A stretch of DNA of 47,275 bases from contig NW_014040414.1 in assembly GCF_001186125.1 (NCBI RefSeq), forward strand, positions 11,996 to 59,270, in the 5' to 3' direction. Positions 39,785 through 47,275 of this stretch are shown one piece after another. The stretch's first letter is position 1. Each line of letters starts with the position of its first letter. The notes under the pieces were generated by a model. That model ran no database searches, was not told the DNA's origin, and saw nothing but the letters and a program-made list of their open reading frames with translations. Source of the stretch: Sphaeroforma arctica JP610. Taxonomy: Eukaryota. The translations under genes were made by a program, and so were the position numbers.

Positions 39785-39846
39785 ACATATATATATGTAT
39801 ATAGATATAGATAGATATATGTGTGTATGTGTATACGTATGTATAA

Positions 39847-39928
<82 letters not shown>

Positions 39929-39930
39929 TT
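39785..39930. repeat. (TA)n microsatellite
   Basis: Direct inspection. Confidence 0.95.
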
Positions 39931-40389
39931 CAATAAAACTGCCTGCATCATGAGCCTTTAGAAAATAGTCTGCATTACGACTGCCTGCATCATGACTGTC
40001 TTGCAGATAATTATCTGTGTTACTACTGCCTGCTATGCCCGCCATCCTTATGCCTATCGCTTACGACTGCCTCTAGTTTTGACTGACGCTCAAGCCTGTC
40101 ACGGGTCGTACAAATATGCTGAAAAGACTGTTGTTCATTTTGTATAATTGTTGCTATTTTTCCACACACAAAAACCCCCCCCACCAATACTTATTCAGAT
40201 AATATTCTAAGAAAATAGTGGATTGATGAACTTCAATACTTGCGGTTTACAGTATTTCATAGTATTTTAATGGGGTTGTACACTTCGATTGCGTCAAGCA
40301 CTATATCACGTACAATTAGAGGAGAGGCACTCAATCATTCTACTAAACACACTTCAACCCCACTCCACAGAGATAACACACTTGCAACT

Positions 40390-43501
<3,112 letters not shown>

Positions 43502-43616
43502 AATCAGTGTGATTTTGGTGTATTCTATTCAGCAAAGTTGTATGTTGGTACGGCTTTCTCGCGCTGACGACTGTTAATTCGCGTATATCCACTTGTCGTG
43601 GGAGTAGAGTACACCA

Positions 43617-43760
43617 TCGATCAATGTGTATCTGCCGTATACTCATGCATTTCTTAGGCGACCGTCTAGTCGATCAATGTTAATCTGCCGTATACTCATG
43701 CATTTCTTAGGAAACCGTCTTGTCGATCAACGCTTATCTGTCGTATACTCATGCATTTCT
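43617..43760. repeat. Tandem repeat of about 52 bp, three copies
   Basis: tcgatcaa....atctg.cgtatactcatgcatttct occurs at about 43617, 43670 and 43723. Confidence 0.9.
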
Positions 43761-44297
43761 GAATACCAAAGAGGAAGCACGATACTCGACGTAGTGGTTG
43801 TGGTAGAAGAACCTCACCTGAGAATATTTACTTGTGGCTATGGTGGGAGTGAACAACAATCAAATGCGTTGTTTGAAGCTAGACTGGCGCGAGTATAGTG
43901 GAAGTTGAGTTCTGCCAGTAATACTAATTGATAACGCGATCAGTACTATCCCAACTCGGAAGTGCATGTTACAGCGAGGATGTGGCAAATCTGCGGGATT
44001 CTTCATATTGGTGTAAAAGACCGACAGCTATTTTGAGTTGCACATGCATTCACAAACTACTACTGTGAGCTTCTCCAATGCCTAAATATGACTCTACCTC
44101 GATTTGGGAATGTGCTTGTGACACCAAGTATCCCTGCAGAAAACATCAATCATTTCGTACGAACAATATCTGGCATCATTCTTCTGTGTGAAGCTGATAC
44201 CTAAACTCAGTGTGTCGCCAAATCTATGCGAATCATCCCCTTCGCGACACTTCGAGTCTTGCCCTAAAATCAAATCACGCTGTGCACTGCATCGTAT

Positions 44298-47033
44298 TTA
44301 TTTAACCTTCTTGATAATCTGTACCACGTCTTCATCCTCGAGCACGTGGTCTTTGCCCACCCGTTGTGGATTGTGCTTGACTGATTGGCCCCAAACCAGA
44401 GCGCTGTTGGGAGGTGAAATAACAACCATCGAAGATCAGACAGGAACTGAACTGAGGCTTATATGGTAAAGCTTCAAAGTCAGAATGCTATGCGAACGAA
44501 GAAACTGGTAGGCTAATGATCACACGTGTACGAAATGTAGCATGCAGTTCTAATGGGGATAAACGCTGTACGAAATGAAAGCAGGCGATGCGAATGGAAA
44601 TATAACACCTAAACATGATGAAATCACATATTCAGCACTACAGACCAATAGAAACGTGGAGTACATCCCGGATATGAGCTTCACATATGTTAGAGTCTGG
44701 ACCTCGCATCCAGATAATCTTAGTATGCTATGAAAGATATGCAACCGCAAGGAGCGAATCCAAACGCAAAAGTACTTTTTTCTATACCAAACTACAAAGG
44801 TAGATGAGACGACCACACGCAACCACAAATTTGTCAGCAATGACAGTAACGCGTTATTAGCGTATAACCAAACATTGTCATTGTACTTTCACTCTCACAT
44901 ACTGTTTGAAGTCGGTGAGCAGAGCCCTGTGGATCTTCATACAGAAGTTTTCGACAGTCCGTTTCTCTCGTTGCAACACCACGGGTTGATCGTAGTCGGG
45001 TAGCTGGCCCTTGGGCTTCGTGAATACCCGTACCAGGTCCAAGTACTTCCAGGTTAGTTGTAGTAATCCATCGTAGTTCCATCGGTGATGTGCAGAGATG
45101 GGAACACAGTGCGGGGTTTTGCAGATGATGTCTAGCTCTTCTATTGAGATCTGCATTGATTCAGTAGACGTCATACAGGAGTTCATGGGGGAATGAATAC
45201 GATTGGACTGATAACAGAAAAGAAAAGTTGAAGTTCTGTAGACGTCATATAAATACTGCAGGGTTGTGAGAACTTGCTGAATAGTCGTAATCAAATTTCC
45301 AATAGTAATGCGCGATAAATACATAGCTATGGTTACATAAGATAAGGCCTATGGAAAACATGCATGCTGTAATTCGGTCATAACTGCTGTCGATATTGCT
45401 CTTGCCGACAATGAACTTATAGCGAATTCAAATTATGCAGTACAGTCCAGATATACAAATTGCAATCACTTCTGAGTTCATCACAGCACTAACACTCGCA
45501 CACACGTCTGTCTGCACGGCAAAAGGTCAGTCGACAATCGACACATACGCTATGGACTATACATTGTTCGGACATTGCGTACAGAACTGTCATTTGAGAA
45601 GTCAGGGCCAACGGATGGGCACATTAAGCAGACGCAGACAAGCTCTGCATACCTGATCTATCTTATTCAGCACGTAAACGGCCGGGATGTACACACGGTT
45701 GCCTTCGATCACGTCAATCAGATCATCGACAGTGCAATCCTCCATCAAACGCACATCGGCGCTCAGGATTTTGTATTCTTTCAGCACACTTGTGACGGTC
45801 TCAGCGTCCAAGTGTGTGACCGGACAATGTGCCACGAAGTTGATGCCTCCTTTGTCTTTCTTCTTCAGCACCAACTGGGGCGGCTTCTTGTTGAGGCGAA
45901 TACCGAAGCCTTCGACCTGGAGATATTCAGTATGGTGATGGTTTAAATTTTGAATACAACGTTGATCTACGAAATGCTAACATTTTGGCAGAAGGCAAAA
46001 CACGAACGCTATCAACTTAGGCTGGCTACACAAGCCTCTGTACGTATACTGGTAGATAACAGATTTTTCATTTCCGCGCAATTGTCAAGAAATGATGCAA
46101 CTAGGCTGGTATAAACCATTTTTTTTAGAAAACTATCTACCTGATATTGACATAAACATCGTTTCAAAGGATAAAATATCAACAAAGACACTGCTTGTAC
46201 ATGGCCGACGGCATAGTTTGAGAAAATTATGAACTGTCGGTTAGTACACATCGATATATGAGAGACGGCTGTACTCTCTGAATACAGCCAGCCATAACAG
46301 ACACATTGGAAACGGGATATGTACAAACGAGTAGATTGTTTGTGACATCACAAATTATACATTTCGAATTGGGTTGGTCTAGTACGTTAGTGCGATTAGC
46401 TTACTTCTGCCTCGATGATCCTTTTGTGTCCCAGAGGCTTCATGCAGTCCAGCACAATGTAGATCAGTGAGCAGGTACGCGCAACTGCAATAACTTGACG
46501 TCCTCTACCCTTGCCATCCTTCGCTCCCTCGATAATACCTGAATAACAGAAATAAAAAGCACGCTTTAGCAACATGTTACGCGAGGATCTACAGAACGCC
46601 ACAGTTGAACAATTACAGTTGTGAAAACTAGTACTATGATTCTGCGGTCGCTTAAGGCCCAGAGATGTACACGCATAATGTTAACAAAGAAAGAATTGTA
46701 ATCCAAAAAGCGAATAAACTTGGTAAACACTAGATGTCTACAACTATAGACTAATCATGTACGACTGTCCAGCGACACATATGAACACTCACAACATGGA
46801 TTGTTCACATAAGCAAACACACAGATATACCAAACACACAGATATACCCCTAGAAGGTAAAAACGAGCCATGGCTACTCAACTTACCAGGTAAATCCAGC
46901 AGCTGGATCTTGGCACCCTTATAACTAATCTGACCAGGAACTGTCGTTAGAGTTGTGAATTCATACGCCGCCACTTCTGAATGTACTCCCGCCAGATTGG
47001 ACAGTAACGTAGACTTCCCTACTGACGGAAAAC
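44298..47033 (-). CDS. DRG1: Developmentally regulated GTP-binding protein 1 (OBG family), 5' end outside the window; exons 47033-46887, 46538-46405, 45916-45653, 45150-44903, 44403-44298
   Basis: Motifs present: [34 protein letters not shown] (DRG1-type), [32 protein letters not shown], and TGS-domain [34 protein letters not shown]. Junctions are GT..AG and in phase. Confidence 0.96.
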
Positions 47034-47275
47034 CTGCAGTAATGCATTGTGACGATATCAAAAAAGCAAAATAAATATGCACTTCCCAATACACATGATA
47101 CTACAGGATAAAAGCAAATACAACATACTTGAATCCCAACTCCAAGTTTTAGAAGCCTCGCTCGTAGTTCAATATTTGGAACGAAATGCACATGAACTTT
47201 CCACTTAAAAACAACGTAATAGTGGAATAAATTTGCCATCACCAAGTATTTCATATTAATTCAGGATATATATAT

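Overview
Intron-rich eukaryotic genomic DNA from a draft assembly with four N gaps and many TA/TG microsatellites. The gene content (C2CD3-like, GCLM-like, animal-type DRG1) points to an opisthokont, possibly a unicellular holozoan such as an ichthyosporean; this is inference, not verified. Gene models were built by hand from GT..AG junctions and reading-frame continuity. From left to right: a partial unknown gene (-); a compact C2CD3-like C2-domain protein (+, about 958 aa, 4 exons); an intronless bacterial-type FAD/NAD(P)H flavoprotein (-); a 5-kb repeat-rich intergenic region; an S9 peptidase (+, 14 exons); an S10 serine carboxypeptidase (-, 17 exons); Tim10 (-, 3 exons); a possible degenerate orphan ORF; farnesyl diphosphate synthase (+, 5 exons); a GCLM-like gene (+); and the 3' part of DRG1 (-). 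The most interesting items are the miniaturised centriolar C2CD3 homologue, the candidate horizontally acquired flavoprotein, a 70-aa two-exon insertion in the S9 peptidase, and two diverged coding-like remnants plus a MITE-like element in the 7.8-12.6 kb region.
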